Source of the DNA: Eledone cirrhosa
Taxonomy: Eukaryota
NCBI GenBank assembly: GCA_964016885.1
Contig: OZ024750.1
Span: 39,990,001 to 40,054,000, forward strand
DNA length: 64,000 nt
Reading direction: 5' to 3'
Shown here: positions 28,121-43,375 of the stretch, piece by piece
Layout: each line of letters starts with the position of its first letter
How positions within the stretch are numbered: position 1 is the first letter of the stretch
Program-made: the position numbers and the translations under genes
Notes under the pieces: generated by a model
Told to the model about the DNA's origin: nothing
Database searches by the model: none
Seen by the model: the letters and a program-made list of their open reading frames with translations, nothing else

Positions 28121-28172
28121 CACACTGAGACGATGGTTAAACATTATCCACACAGCCATAGAAACGATCGTA
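28121..28172 (+). ncRNA. Degenerate hammerhead ending at its GUA triplet
   Basis: CTGA(GA)CGA tggt..gcca ta GAAA cgatc GTA followed directly by (TA)n. Confidence 0.45.
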
Positions 28173-28346
28173 TATATATATATATATATAAATTTGTCGA
28201 TCGACTTTCGTTAAATCGGACCGAGGAAACAATGTTTCCATTGGACTTTCCAATTGCTATGCTATCTATCGGTCGCAACTCCAGATAGAAGGAGCAAGGT
28301 GAAATAAAGTGTCTTGCTCAAGGACATTATAACGCATCGCCCGGTC

Positions 28347-29110
<764 letters not shown>

Positions 29111-29114
29111 ATCT

Positions 29115-32100
29115 TCAGAATAAAAGGAGAGACAATAAACCACATTATTAGTGAATGTAAGATACTTTCTCAGAAAGAGTACAAGAGAAGGTACGACAAC
29201 ATTGCCAGATTGGTTCATTAGCTCTGTCATGTGATATGAGTAGAAGTGAGAAATGGTATGAACACCAACCAGAAAGGGTGGCTGAAAATGAACAGCATAA
29301 GATCTTGTGGTACATGACCATGCAGTGCGAACATTTGATCATGGCTAGAAAGCCTGACATTGTTGTCGTAGAAAAAAGAATAACAAGGCAAGTATTGTGG
29401 ATGTTGCTTCACCGTGGGACCAAAGGGTGAATGAGATGGAAAGTGGGAAAGTTGAGAAATACCAGGAGCTGCTGAAAAAAGAAACCAGGCAACACGTAGA
29501 AGTGGTACCAGTTGTGGTTGGTGTACTGGGAGCAGTTAGTAGGTTAGACATGTAGAAGTGGTACCAATTGTGGTTGGTACACTGGGAGCAGTTAGTAAGT
29601 TAGTCATGTAGAAGTGGTACCAATTGTGGTTGGTACACTAGGAGCAGTTAGTAAGTTAGTCATGTAGAAGTGGTACCAATTGTGGTTGGTACACTAGGAG
29701 CAGTTAGTAAGTTAGACATGTAGAAATAGTACCAATTGTGGTTGGTACACTGGGAGCAGTTAGTAGATTAGACATGTAGAAGTGGTACCAATTGTGGTTG
29801 GTACACTGGGAGCAGTTAGTAAGTTAGACATGTAGAAGTGGTACCAATTGTGGTTGGTACAGTGGGAGCAGTTAGTAGGTTAGACATGTAGTAGTGGTAC
29901 CAATTGTGGTTGGTACACTAGGAGCAGTTAGTAGGTTAGACATGTAGAAATGGTACCAATTGTGGTTGGTACACTGGGAGCAGTTAGTAAGTTAGACATG
30001 TAGAAATAGTACCAATTGTGGTTGGTACACTGGGAGCAGTTAGTAAGTTAGACATGTAGAAGTGGTACCAATTGTGGTTGGTACAGTGGGAGCAGTTAGT
30101 AAGTTAGACTTGTAGAAGTGATACCAATTGTGGTTGGTACAGTGGGAGCAGTTAGTAAGTTAGACATGTAGAAATAGTACCAATTGTGGTTGGTACACTG
30201 GGAGCAATTAGTAAGTTAGACATGTAGAAGTGGTACCAATTGTGGTTGGTACACTAGGAGCAGTTAGTAGGTTAGACACGTAGAAGTGGTACCAATTGTG
30301 GTTGGTACACTAGGAGCAGTTAGTAAGTTAGACATGTAGAAGTGGTACCAATTGTGGTTGGTACAGTGGGAGCAGTTAGTAGAAGGTTAGACATGTAGAA
30401 GTGGTACCAATTGTGGTTGGTACACTGGGAGCAGTTAGTAAGTTAGACATGTAGAAGTGGTACCAATTGTGGTTGGTACAGTGGGAGCAGTTAGTAGAAG
30501 GTTAGACATGTAGAAGTGGTACCAATTGTGGTTGGTACACTGGGAGCAGTTAGTAGGTTAGACACGTAGAAGTGGTACCAATTGTGGTTGGTACACTAGG
30601 AGCAGTTAGTAAGTTAGACATGTAGAAGTGGTACCAATTGTGGTTGGTACAGTGGGAGCAGTTAGTAGAAGGTTAGACATGTAGAAGTGGTACCAATTGT
30701 GGTTGGTACACTGGGAGCAGTTAGTAAGTTAGACATGTAGAAGTGGTACCAATTGTGGTTGGTACAGTGGGAGCAGTTAGTAGAAGGTTAGACATGTAGA
30801 AGTGGTACCAATTGTGGTTGGTACACTGGGAGCAGTTAGTAGGTTAGACACGTAGAAGTGGTACCAATTGTGGTTGGTACACTAGGAGCAGTTAGTAAGT
30901 TAGACATGTAGAAGTGGTACCAATTGTGGTTGGTACAGTGGGAGCAGTTAGTAGAAGGTTAGACATGTAGAAGTGGTACCAATTGTGGTTGGTACACTGG
31001 GAGCAGTTAGTAAGTTAGACATGTAGAAGTGGTACCAATTGTGGTTGGTACAGTGGGAGCAGTTAGTAGAAGGTTAGACATGTAGAAGTGGTACCAATTG
31101 TGGTTGGTACACTGGGAGCAGTTAGTAAGTTAGACATGTAGAAGTGGTACCAATTGTGGTTGGTACACTGGGAGCAGTTAGTAAGTTAGACATGTAGAAG
31201 TGGTACCAATTGTGGTTGGTACACTAGGAGCAGTTAGTAAGTTAGACATGTAGAAGTGGTACCAATTGTGGTTGGTACAGTGGGAGCAGTTAGTAGAAGG
31301 TTAGACATGTAGAAGTGGTACCAATTGTGGTTGGTACACTGGGAGCAGTTAGTAGGTTAGACATGTAGAAGTGGTACATATTGTGGTTGGTACACTAGGA
31401 GCAGTTAGTAGGTTAGACATGTAGAAGTGGTACCAATTGTGGTTGGTACACTGGGAGCAGTTAGTAGAAGGTTAGACATGTAGAAGTGGTACCAATTGTG
31501 GTTGGTACACTGGGAGCAATTAGTAGGTTAGACTTGTAGAAGTGGTACCAATTGTGGTTGGTACACTAGGAGCAATTAGTAGGTTAGACTTGTAGAAGTG
31601 GTACCAATTGTGGTTGGTACACTAGGAGCAGTTAGTAGGTTAGACTTGTAGAAGTGGTACCAATTGTGGTTGGTACACTAGGAGCAGTTAGTAAGTTAGA
31701 CATGTAGAAGTGGTACCAATTGTGGTTGGTACAGTGGGAGCAGTTAGTAGGTTAGACATGTAGAAGTGGTACCAATTGTGGTTGGTACACTGGGAGCAGT
31801 TAGTAAGTTAGACATGTAGAAGTGGTACCAATTGTGGTTGGTACACTAGGAGCAGTTAGTAAGTTAGACTTGTAGAAGTGGTACCAATTGTGGTTGGTAC
31901 ACTAGGAGCAGTTAGTAGGTTAGACATGTAGAAATGGTACATATTGTGGTTGGTACAGTGGGAGCAGTTAGTAGATTAGACATGTAGAAATGGTACCAAT
32001 TGTGGTTGGTACAGTGGGAGCAGTTAGTAGAAGGTTAGACATGTAGTAGTGGTACCAATTGTGGTTGGTACACTGGGAGCAGTTAGTAGGTTAGACATGT

Positions 32101-32357
32101 AGAAATGGTACCAATTGTGGTTGGTACAGTGGGAGCAGTTAGTAGAAGGTTGGATGCGTGGCTTGAGAAGCTAAGAATTGCCATCAGGACAGGATTGTTG
32201 CAGAAAACAGCCATACTGGTAGCAGCAATAATTCTAAGAAGGGTGTTGGAAAATCGAAGGAGAAAGAATGAACCAAAGGACCTTTGGCCATTGGCTATGG
32301 GCTCGCTCTTTTGGTAAAGTATCGGTATAATATCTGCCAGAGCAAAAGGTGTTACAA
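29115..32357 (+). mobile_element. R4/Dong-type LINE 3' part (zinc knuckle, RLE) with internal satellite, ending in (TAA)n
   Basis: GETINHIISECKILSQKEYKRRYDN, KWYEHQP, ARKPDIVVV, VEVVPVVVG ... AVSRRLDAWLEKL..LLQKTAIL. Confidence 0.85.
29492..32152. repeat. 56/58-bp satellite, ~47 copies, derived from R4/Dong RLE coding sequence
   Basis: unit CATGTAGAAGTGGTACCAATTGTGGTTGGTACACTGGGAGCAGTTAGTAAGTTAGA reads HVEVVPIVVGTLGAVS. Confidence 0.95.
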
Positions 32358-32379
32358 ATAATAATAATAATAATAATAA

Positions 32380-32595
32380 TAATTGTTTCTACTTTTGGCA
32401 CAAGGCCAACAATTACCCAGTAGATTACTGGTACTTTATTTTATCGACCCCGTAAGGATGAAAGGCAAAGTTAACCTCGGCGGGATTTGAACTCAGAATG
32501 GCAAGGGCCGTAACTCTATACGTCAAAGCATGGCGTCCAACCCTCTACCCCGTAAAGATGAAAGGCAAAGTTAATCTCGGCGGGATTTGAACTCA

Positions 32596-32643
<48 letters not shown>

Positions 32644-32754
32644 TGTTCTACTATTGGCACAAGGCCAGCAATTACCCAGTGCATTACTGGTACTTTATTT
32701 TATCAAACCCGTAAGGATGAAAGGCAAAGTTAACCTCGGCGGGATTTGAACTCA

Positions 32755-32755
<1 letters not shown>
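32380..32755 (-). mobile_element. SINE copies interleaved with (AAT)n
   Basis: SINE core at 32380-32595 and 32640-32755. Confidence 0.85.
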
Positions 32756-32805
<50 letters not shown>

Positions 32806-32808
<3 letters not shown>

Positions 32809-34580
32809 GGTCTTGCCATGGGATGGATAGACTACAAAAAGGCATTTGACATGGTGCCTCATTCTTGGATCACCAAAAGCCTAGAGATCTTCAAGGTGGC
32901 AGATAACATCAGACAGTTGTTGAGCAAAAGTATGAAGTCCTGGAAAACAGAGTTAACATCAGCTGGAGAATCCTTGGGAAGCGTGAAGATCAAGAGAGGG
33001 ATCTTCCAGGGAGATAGTCTGTCCCCTATGTTGTTTGTCCTTGCCCTGATGCCCCTGACCATTATACTGCGAAAAGGGAGAGCAGGATACAAGTTGGGAA
33101 AGGGAGAGCTTACCATCAATCACCTCCTCTTCATGGACGATCTTAAGCTCTTCGGGAAGAGTGAGAAGGAGTTGGATGTGCTTGTTGACACTGTCCGTAT
33201 TTTCAGCAATGATATATGTATGCAATTTGGTATTAGTAAGTGTGGAGTCCTTGTGATGAAGAGGGGTAAATTGAGCAGAAGCAACGGAATTCAGGTACCA
33301 ACAGGTGAGATGATAAAGGAAATTGACACTGAAGAAGGATACAAGTATTTGGGTGTTCTGGAGGCTGATGACATCAAGAACAAAAAAATGAAGGAATTGA
33401 TAAGATCTGAATACATTCGGAGAATAAGGAGCGTATTAAAGTCACATCTGAACAGTAAGAATGCCATAAGCGCAGTAAATTCCCGAGCTGTGTCTATTAT
33501 TAGGTAAGTGAGGGAATTCTGAGATGGAATGTTGCTGAACAAAAAGAAATGGATAGGAAGACTAGGAAGCTATTGACTATCTACAACATGTTCCACAAGA
33601 GGAGTGATGTCGATAGACTCTACTTAAGGAGATCTGAAGGTGGAAGAGGTCTTATCAGCATAGAGGACTGTGTTCAGATGGAGAAAAACAACCTACACAA
33701 ATACGTGACCGATAGTAAGGAGCCAATGCTCAGAATTGTACTGAAGGAGAGGACAATAGACCAGGGGATGTCCAAGGAGGAAATAACAAAAAGGAGAAAG
33801 AGCAGCCTTCATGAAAAAATCCCTTCATAGTACCTTCTTTGAGAAAACTGAATTCAGAGATCCACAGACATGGAACTGGTTGAAAAGAGGAGACCTTAAA
33901 AAGGCTACAGAAGGAATGCTAATGGCTGCGCAAGAGCAGGCCCTCAGAACGAAGTGGCTGAAACACCATATTTACAAGGAGGAGGCTAGCCCACTGTGCA
34001 GGATCTGTGGAGAGAGGAGACTGTGGCTCACATTGTATCCGAGTGTAAACACCTAGCCCAGACTCACTATAAAGGCTGGAGTGGTATGAGCATAAGCCAG
34101 AGTCGGTGATAGAAAACGATCAGGTGAAGGTGCTGTGGGATTTTAGGATACAGACGGACAAGAAACTGGAACACAATAGACCTGACCTGGTGGTTTTGGA
34201 TAAGGAAAAAAAGATCGTGCCTGATTGTGGATGTGGCCTGCCCATTCGACACGAGAGTGCAAGAGAAGGAGAAGGAGAAGGAGAAAATTAACCGATACCA
34301 GGACTTAAAGTAGGAGGCAAAAAGGATTTGGAACTGCCATGAAGTCAAAATGGTCCCAATTGTCATAGGCGCACTAGGTACTATCTCAAAAAGTTTCCAG
34401 GGATGGTTAAAGAAAATTGGCCCCGCCCCACTTTTTGGAACACTTCAAAAAGCATGCTTGCTGGGAACAGCAAGAACCCTCCGATACGTCCTGAATATCT
34501 GAGGCTGCAGGTAGTGGCTTGATATTCATTTCAACAAACTTTCCAGTTAACTAACATCAATGACTGAGACTCAAAGAACA
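32806..34580 (+). pseudogene. 5'-truncated R4/Dong-clade non-LTR retrotransposon (RT, zinc knuckle, restriction-like endonuclease), disrupted
   Basis: WIDYKKAFDMVPH, GIFQGDSLSP, HLLFMDDLKLF, YKYLGV, CRICG..HIVSEC, WDFRIQTD..NRPDLVV, VPIVIGALG; stops and frameshifts; (AAT)n on both sides. Confidence 0.92.
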
Positions 34581-34984
34581 ATAATAATAATAATAATAAT
34601 AATAATGATGATGATGATCATGATGATGATGATGATGATGATGGTGATGATGAAGATAATTGTTTCTAATGAAGGGCAGGGGGAATCCGATTGCAATAGT
34701 TTTTTTATTATTTAGGCACAAGGTCAGCAATTTGGGTGGGAGTGGGTGGGGAGGGGCGTTTGATTAATCGACCCAGTATTTGACAGAGCTATGAATATAT
34801 CGATGATATGATACAAATGTAAATATAAATATGTAATAATGACTATGTTTAAAATGAGGTCAGCTGAGAGAGGTTAGTTAACGTAACGACAGTATCAACA
34901 CTTTTACTGCTATCGTTATTACTCTAGACTTTGATCTATTTTGTGCAACAGATGAAACACCTGTTTTATTATCTTTTTCTTCGC

Positions 34985-35192
34985 CTTTGGGCAGAATCGG
35001 TAGAGTGTCCGACACCATGCGGTATAGAGTTACGACTCTTTTCATTCTGAGTTCAAATCCCGCCGAAGTTAGCTTTGCCTTTCATTCTTACGAGGTCGAT
35101 AAAATAACGTACCAGTAATGCACTGAGGACGATTTAATCGACTTCCCCCTTACCTAAAATTGTTGGCCATGTGCCTAAATCAGATACCATTA
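34985..35192 (+). mobile_element. Full-length SINE
   Basis: A-box-like GGCAGAATCGGTAGAG, B-box GAGTTCAAATCC, core, and tail TGTGCCTAAA. Confidence 0.85.
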
Positions 35193-35536
35193 TTTTTTTC
35201 TTTGAACCCTTTCTTTTTAACGTCCGTTTTCATGACTGTTTTGTCTCCCTAAACGCAACAGACGGAAAATCTGTAGAATCGTTAGAAACGTTGGATAAGG
35301 TTCCTTTGCGGTATTTCTTCTGGGGCTTTGTACTCTGAGTTCAAATCCCGCCAAGATCAGCTTTACTTTACATAAGGAGCGCCGTAGTGACATATGATGC
35401 GTTTGGGGCATCTTTTAAATCTGGCGGAACCCATCTGGCTTCAGATCTTAACAGCTAATTTCTTCCGGAGAAGGAGAGAGAGCACGGAGAGAGAAACGCC
35501 GTATGTCAATACGGCGTGCCTACGACTCCCTCGTGG

Positions 35537-35584
<48 letters not shown>

Positions 35585-35591
<7 letters not shown>

Positions 35592-36016
35592 AGAAAACGA
35601 AAAATCAGTGATGCATCTGGACTTAGTTTATTTCGTGTTACAAATGTTTCGCCGGCATGTAGCTCGAGTCATGGTCCTTGTTTGGATCTGGCTGATTCTA
35701 CTTCTGCGGGTTCTTTCAGACACGGGTGTGTTTTTTTTAGGGTGTTTTTTTTTATGATAACACCCCAGTGATAAAATTTGCTCCGGACGTAACACCCGTG
35801 TCTGAAAGAACCCGCAGAAGTAGAATCAGCCAGATCCATACAAGAACCATGACTCGAGCTACATGCCGGCGAAACATTTGTAACACGAAATAAACTAATT
35901 CCAGATGCATCACTGATTTTTCGTTTTCTTTATAATATCTACACTCTACTCTGAGGAATATCGAGTGCTAATTTTGGCATACCGCCTATGGAAGCATCAT
36001 AGCTACCACTATACAC

Positions 36017-36018
<2 letters not shown>
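35585..36018 (+). mobile_element. Fold-back PLE-like element in (TA)n with ~145-bp inverted arms and 3' tail
   Basis: 35585-35730 is the reverse complement of 35792-35936; tail homologous to 3372-3490 (-). Confidence 0.8.
35797..35887 (+). ncRNA. Type I hammerhead with CUGAAAGA core and ~60-nt stem-loop II (mirror copy 35634-35724, -)
   Basis: cgtgt CTGAAAGA acccgca...tgccggc GAAA cattt GTA acacg. Confidence 0.65.
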
Positions 36019-36087
<69 letters not shown>

Positions 36088-36090
<3 letters not shown>

Positions 36091-36745
36091 CGTGATGACG
36101 TCCCTCACGCCGGACTTCTGTCTGATGACTTCGCTCCTGATGTGCTCTCTCAACGAGATTCCTAGCATTGATCTCTCCGTGGCTCTTTGAGCCGTTACCA
36201 GCATCTGCTCTTCTCTCTTCGTTGTAGCCCAAATTTCACTGCCATATAACATTGAAGGTAAAACTGTGCTATTGAAGAGGTTGGCGTAAAGGATGTGCTC
36301 CCCTTGAGCACATCCTTTATGCCATTGAACGCCTTCCATCCGGCCCTTACTCTCCGCGAGATCTCCCTCTCAATGTCTCAGCGCATGTTCACTTCTTATC
36401 CCAGGTAGACGTATTCCTCCACCTCCTCTATTTCATCACCGCCAACCACCATTCGACCTGTTGGTACGTTGTCGGACCGCATGAACTGCGCAGCAAGTTC
36501 AGATGGGCTGGACACGTCGCCCGGTTCACCGATAATCGGTGGACCCGCGCAGTTGCCGATTGGTACCCGCGCGAGCGGAAACGACCACTCGGAAGGCCCC
36601 CACGAGGGTCGAGTTACCATTTTAAGAATACGATTGTGAATACATGGATGAGGAAAGCACGATCCAGAGAGGAATGGACGGCATGCTGTGACCAGCGGCG
36701 CTGAATGGACGCCCGACAGACTGGTCGGTCAAGGTGATCAAGGTG

Positions 36746-36747
<2 letters not shown>
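36088..36747. mobile_element. RTE-clade LINE 3' fragment with 5' inversion
   Basis: minus 36088-36487: EEVEEYVYLG..NSTVLPSMLYGSEIW..VRDVITE; plus 36488-36747: SKFRWAGHVARFTDNRW..RPLGRP; tail TCAAGGTGA x2. Confidence 0.85.
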
Positions 36748-36783
<36 letters not shown>

Positions 36784-36868
36784 AAAAGGTAAACAGAAAT
36801 AACAACACAATCGGTACAGTATATGGGAGGTATATATTAGGTTAACGCTTGATATAGGAGGAAGAGGG

Positions 36869-36904
36869 TCTTAACCTTTCGGGCGCTAGTCCTTCATCAG
36901 AAGA
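36869..36904 (-). ncRNA. Minimal type I hammerhead
   Basis: minus: tctt CTGATGA aggactagcgccc GAAA gg TT aaga. Confidence 0.55.
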
Positions 36905-37264
36905 AAGAATGAGAAATAAAATAGATTGAGGAGACGGGCGGGTTGGAATTGGAAAAAATGTCTTTAGATAAAAATAACAGGTCCATTCATGTTGACATCT
37001 CTTGCAAAACTGTTGGTGCTGGCGTTTTGATTTGTTTTTTAGAAAAGTGGATGATGGCAGGCGTCTACCTGAAATGAAAAAAAACAACCGTTTTGTAAAA
37101 AGAGCTATACTTGAGCACGTGCGTAAGCATGAGTTAGTGTGTGTGTGTGCATATATATATATATATATAAAACTCACCTCCTACACACACACATATATAT
37201 ATATATGGAATACCATAACTGGACTTCACCTAAGTGGACTGCATTTAACTATTATTTGTTAATC

Positions 37265-37308
<44 letters not shown>

Positions 37309-37312
<4 letters not shown>

Positions 37313-37560
37313 GGAGGTGAGTTTTATTGTAGCACAATAAAGCAATGCAAATATCGGATAAGTACCACTCTACAGTTTGTAGGACTGGAGTATAAATAAT
37401 ATAAGATCAAAAGATGGTTAAAAGAGTTCCAAGTATTTTATTCAACATATGTTGATTTAAAACTTCACTATTCACAAGTGTTTTTTAAGCTTCATATCAT
37501 GTATCCCTATTTTATTTGATGAATAAAATACTTGGAACTCTTTTAACCATCTTTTGATGT

Positions 37561-37568
<8 letters not shown>
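37309..37568 (-). mobile_element. Fold-back PLE-like end with ~55-bp inverted arms and bulged-hairpin tail
   Basis: 37396-37450 is the reverse complement of 37515-37568; tail hairpin at 37366-37392. Confidence 0.6.
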
Positions 37569-37632
<64 letters not shown>

Positions 37633-37712
37633 GTGTGAGTTTGTGAGACACGCTAAGTTCTTATACCATGTGCGTTATTATATATACGCACACTATTCAG
37701 TTGTCTGAATTT

Positions 37713-37792
37713 TCAACCATTGATGAGCAAGAATTGGTAATACTCTTCACAATTAATTTGTGAAACAGCATAGCCAAACGCTGTCTGGGTGA
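37713..37792 (+). ncRNA. Type I hammerhead (C3 to U)
   Basis: tcaacca TTGATGA gcaag-aattg...caatt-a-tttgt GAAA cagc..gct GTC tgggtga. Confidence 0.75.
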
Positions 37793-38119
37793 TTGGTAGT
37801 TACCACAATTCCCGTTTGTACTTATTTTCTTGATTTATTGTCCATGGTTGGTATTTTTTTCACTTTAGCGAACCTGGTCCCTTACGATTTGAACACATAT
37901 ATATATATGTCTGTGTTTATCTCTCTTTTATATTCAATTATAATATACGGCTCGGAAAAATCTCTTTCCTTGAGCTATTTTATTGTAAGAGACTATTTTG
38001 AGTTTCTAACTCAATATATACCTTTGTTATATATATATATATATATATATATAAAGAAAAAAATATGAAATCGAAAATGCAACTGTGAGAAAAACCACAG
38101 ACCCTCCATCTCAACTCTA

Positions 38120-38155
38120 CTTTTGAAAAGCAGAAGAACTGCGAAACCGGTAAAG
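38120..38155 (+). ncRNA. Minimal hammerhead with compensatory U3-A8 core, between ~33-bp inverted arms (38053-38228)
   Basis: ctt TTGAAAA gcag-aagaa-ctgc GAAA ccg GTA aag; palindromic ACCGGT stem III. Confidence 0.7.
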
Positions 38156-38286
38156 GAACAAAATAAATATATATATTTTTAAAAAAAATAAGACTCCAGT
38201 TGCATTTTCGATTTCATCTTTTTTTCTTTATACTTTCACTCGTGTAGGACACCTCGGTTATTTTTCATTTTGTAAATAAACCTCAC

Positions 38287-38649
<363 letters not shown>

Positions 38650-39046
38650 GTAACCCGTCCATCGTTGACGATGACTCAGACTACGATGAATAATGCAAGG
38701 GATTAAACTATTTCTATCTCGACATTCACATAGACAGAACATAAACTGATCTTAAATTACCTACTGGTCTTACTACATCAACATGAAGCTTTAATCGCTT
38801 CATATATCTATCGAGCTAACAATACACTATGGGATTGCTGAATATATTAGAAATAGCAGCCACATTTCCATCAAATCTCTCTCTTACTTTTTAAAAGGAA
38901 GGACTCATTATATAATGTAGTCCTATATATATATATATATATATATTTGAAAAAAAAGGAAAAGAATGACTTCACTTCTAGTTCTAAACAAATTGAGTTA
39001 ATTTTATAATATTATCATATATACAAATTATCATATACACAAAAGA

Positions 39047-39123
<77 letters not shown>

Positions 39124-39164
39124 AATGCCGTTAGCTTCTTGCTAAAACAATCTCTATACCTCTC

Positions 39165-39226
<62 letters not shown>

Positions 39227-39581
39227 AGGGAGAGTAACTTGGAGTTACCGTAGGTTCACCGGGGTGAGCACTCGATGTTTAGGTTCACTTCTGTGTCGAG
39301 GTGTAGAGCTAGACAGAGTGTATTATATTGAAAAGATAACAAGGACGGTTGGTTACTCCTTCGTTACATTTATTGGTTGGTGACGCGCGTTTCGCCACTG
39401 ATCAGCTCAAGGTTCGATCTGTATCGATCTTACCCGACTCGGTAATCCGCAGCTCGACGGATCCCTTAAAATGCTCGTAGAAAATGAATACATGCTATAT
39501 GATAAAGTCAGAAGTTCATATGTTGGTCAATAAGGATTGTTTTGATTGGTGGGATAGATCATAGGGATGTTTTCGCCTGTA

Positions 39582-39658
<77 letters not shown>

Positions 39659-39747
39659 CAATGTAAATGATAATCAAAGAGCGTTTAAACTTTCAAACAT
39701 TTTAAATATTTGAAAGATTAAATGTTCTTTGATTATCATTTACATTG

Positions 39748-39863
<116 letters not shown>

Positions 39864-40138
39864 CACACACAATGTAAATGATAATCAAAGAGCATTTAAT
39901 CTTTCAAATATTTAAAATGTTTGAAAGTTTAAACACTGTTTGATTGTCATCGCCACTGTATTTCAGCTCTATAGTATCCTTGTTATTTTACATCGAGATA
40001 TTTTCATACTTTTAACTGGGTAATATTTATTATTACCCACCATATATATATTTTTTTATATAGCTATACTTATTTAATATCATTGTATACATATATATAC
40101 AATGATATTAAATAAATGGAAACTATATATCTCAAATT

Positions 40139-40204
<66 letters not shown>

Positions 40205-40210
<6 letters not shown>

Positions 40211-40415
40211 AATTTGAGTTTTTCGAATATTAATAACAATTCGATTCGTTTGTAATTATGCAAACAAGAGCAAGAATGAGGGGCTCATTCTACTGATATG
40301 GCTTTAAAAAAGAGGCTTGTTTGCATAATTGCAAACGAATCGAATATTATTATTAATACTCGAAAAACTCAGATTACATTTATTGTTTTCAGCCATGTAG
40401 AGCGAAACATTCTTT
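40205..40415 (+). mobile_element. Fold-back PLE-like remnant, same family as 49868-50280
   Basis: inverted arms TGTAATYTGAGTTTTTCGAATATTAATAA..GCAAACAAG. Confidence 0.7.
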
Positions 40416-40427
40416 TTTCTTTTATAT

Positions 40428-41570
<1,143 letters not shown>

Positions 41571-41572
<2 letters not shown>

Positions 41573-41750
41573 ATTGTTTCTACGTTCGGCACAAGGCCAG
41601 CAAATTATCCAGTACATTACTGGTACTTTATTTTATCGACCCCGTAAGGATGAAAGGCAAAGTCAACCTCGGCGGGATTTGAACTCAGATCGTAAAGGGA
41701 CGTAACTATGCTGGAAAGCATGGCGTCTGACCCTCTACCGATACTGCCAA
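41571..41750 (-). mobile_element. SINE (short-tail subfamily)
   Basis: near-identical to 2871-3042 and 59103-59283. Confidence 0.9.
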
Positions 41751-41800
41751 TATATACCCACACACACACAACAACAATCTCCCTTTTATAGATAATGATG

Positions 41801-41845
<45 letters not shown>

Positions 41846-42025
41846 CGGGTTCAATCGAGGGTAACCATAGTAAGTAAGGTACTCAATACATAGCAGAGTA
41901 TAAATATTTAATTTTTAATATAGAAATGGCTTCTACAGGATTAGAACTGTTTCATTTTCGAAGGAAATCCTTATGAAGGGCTTTCCTGATGATTTCCTAG
42001 TCCTGTAGAAGCCATTTCTGTATTA

Positions 42026-42664
<639 letters not shown>

Positions 42665-42665
42665 T

Positions 42666-43375
42666 GAGATTGAGCAATGGCGCCAAAAGGGCTTCCATAG
42701 AGGAGTGCATGACCCCGGTAGCCAGGCCACATCTGCGGTTGATCTCCGGGATCAGGTCACCATTGCTGGTGACAGCCGAGCACAGGTAAATGAAGGCGCT
42801 TACAAACTCCACGGCGTCGGGGCCTATATATCAGATGTGACCGCAGATGTGGCCTGGCTACCGGGGTCATGCACTCCCCTATGGAAGCCCTTTTGGCGCC
42901 ATTGCTCAATCTTCCAGAAGACGAAGCTCTGTATTTACAATGCAACGGTCCTCCCCGTTCTCCTCTGTGGAGCAGAAACGTGGCCCCTCACAAAAACATT
43001 GGCACAGAGGATCGACAGCTTCGATAGCAGAGCCCTGAGGACCGACCACCAAACATATCAGATGGAACCACCACGTTTCCAACAAAATGTTGCGTGCATC
43101 AGCCCACACCTTCCCGTTTCAGAGCTATCCGCCTCATGCGCTGGTACGGACATGTCCTCCGCTTTCCACCAGATCAGGGCTTTACTCTCATTCGACACAG
43201 TGGCTGCAGGCTGGAAGAGGCTCCTCAACAGGCCCTCACAAGATGGCTGGGTGTCATCAGGGAAGATCTTCGGAGGCTCGACATCACCTTGGAGGATGCA
43301 GAGCAGCTGGCATGGGACCACCAGCGATAGAGGGCGCTGGTGGACCTAGTCAGCTCTACATACGACAATGCTTTG
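42666..43375. mobile_element. RTE-like LINE fragment with 5' inversion and ~73-bp overlap
   Basis: minus VEFVSAFIYLCSAVTSNGDLIPEINRRCGLA; plus KTKLCIYNATVLPVLLCGAETW, RLMRWYGHVLR; 42668-42738 is the reverse complement of 42840-42912. Confidence 0.8.

Noticed and set aside
34990-35070. tRNA-like A and B boxes
   Set aside because: SINE head; no cloverleaf
38238-38260. Possible bulged hairpin (also 58105-58137)
   Set aside because: Outer GAGU strand is missing, so not counted among the motif instances
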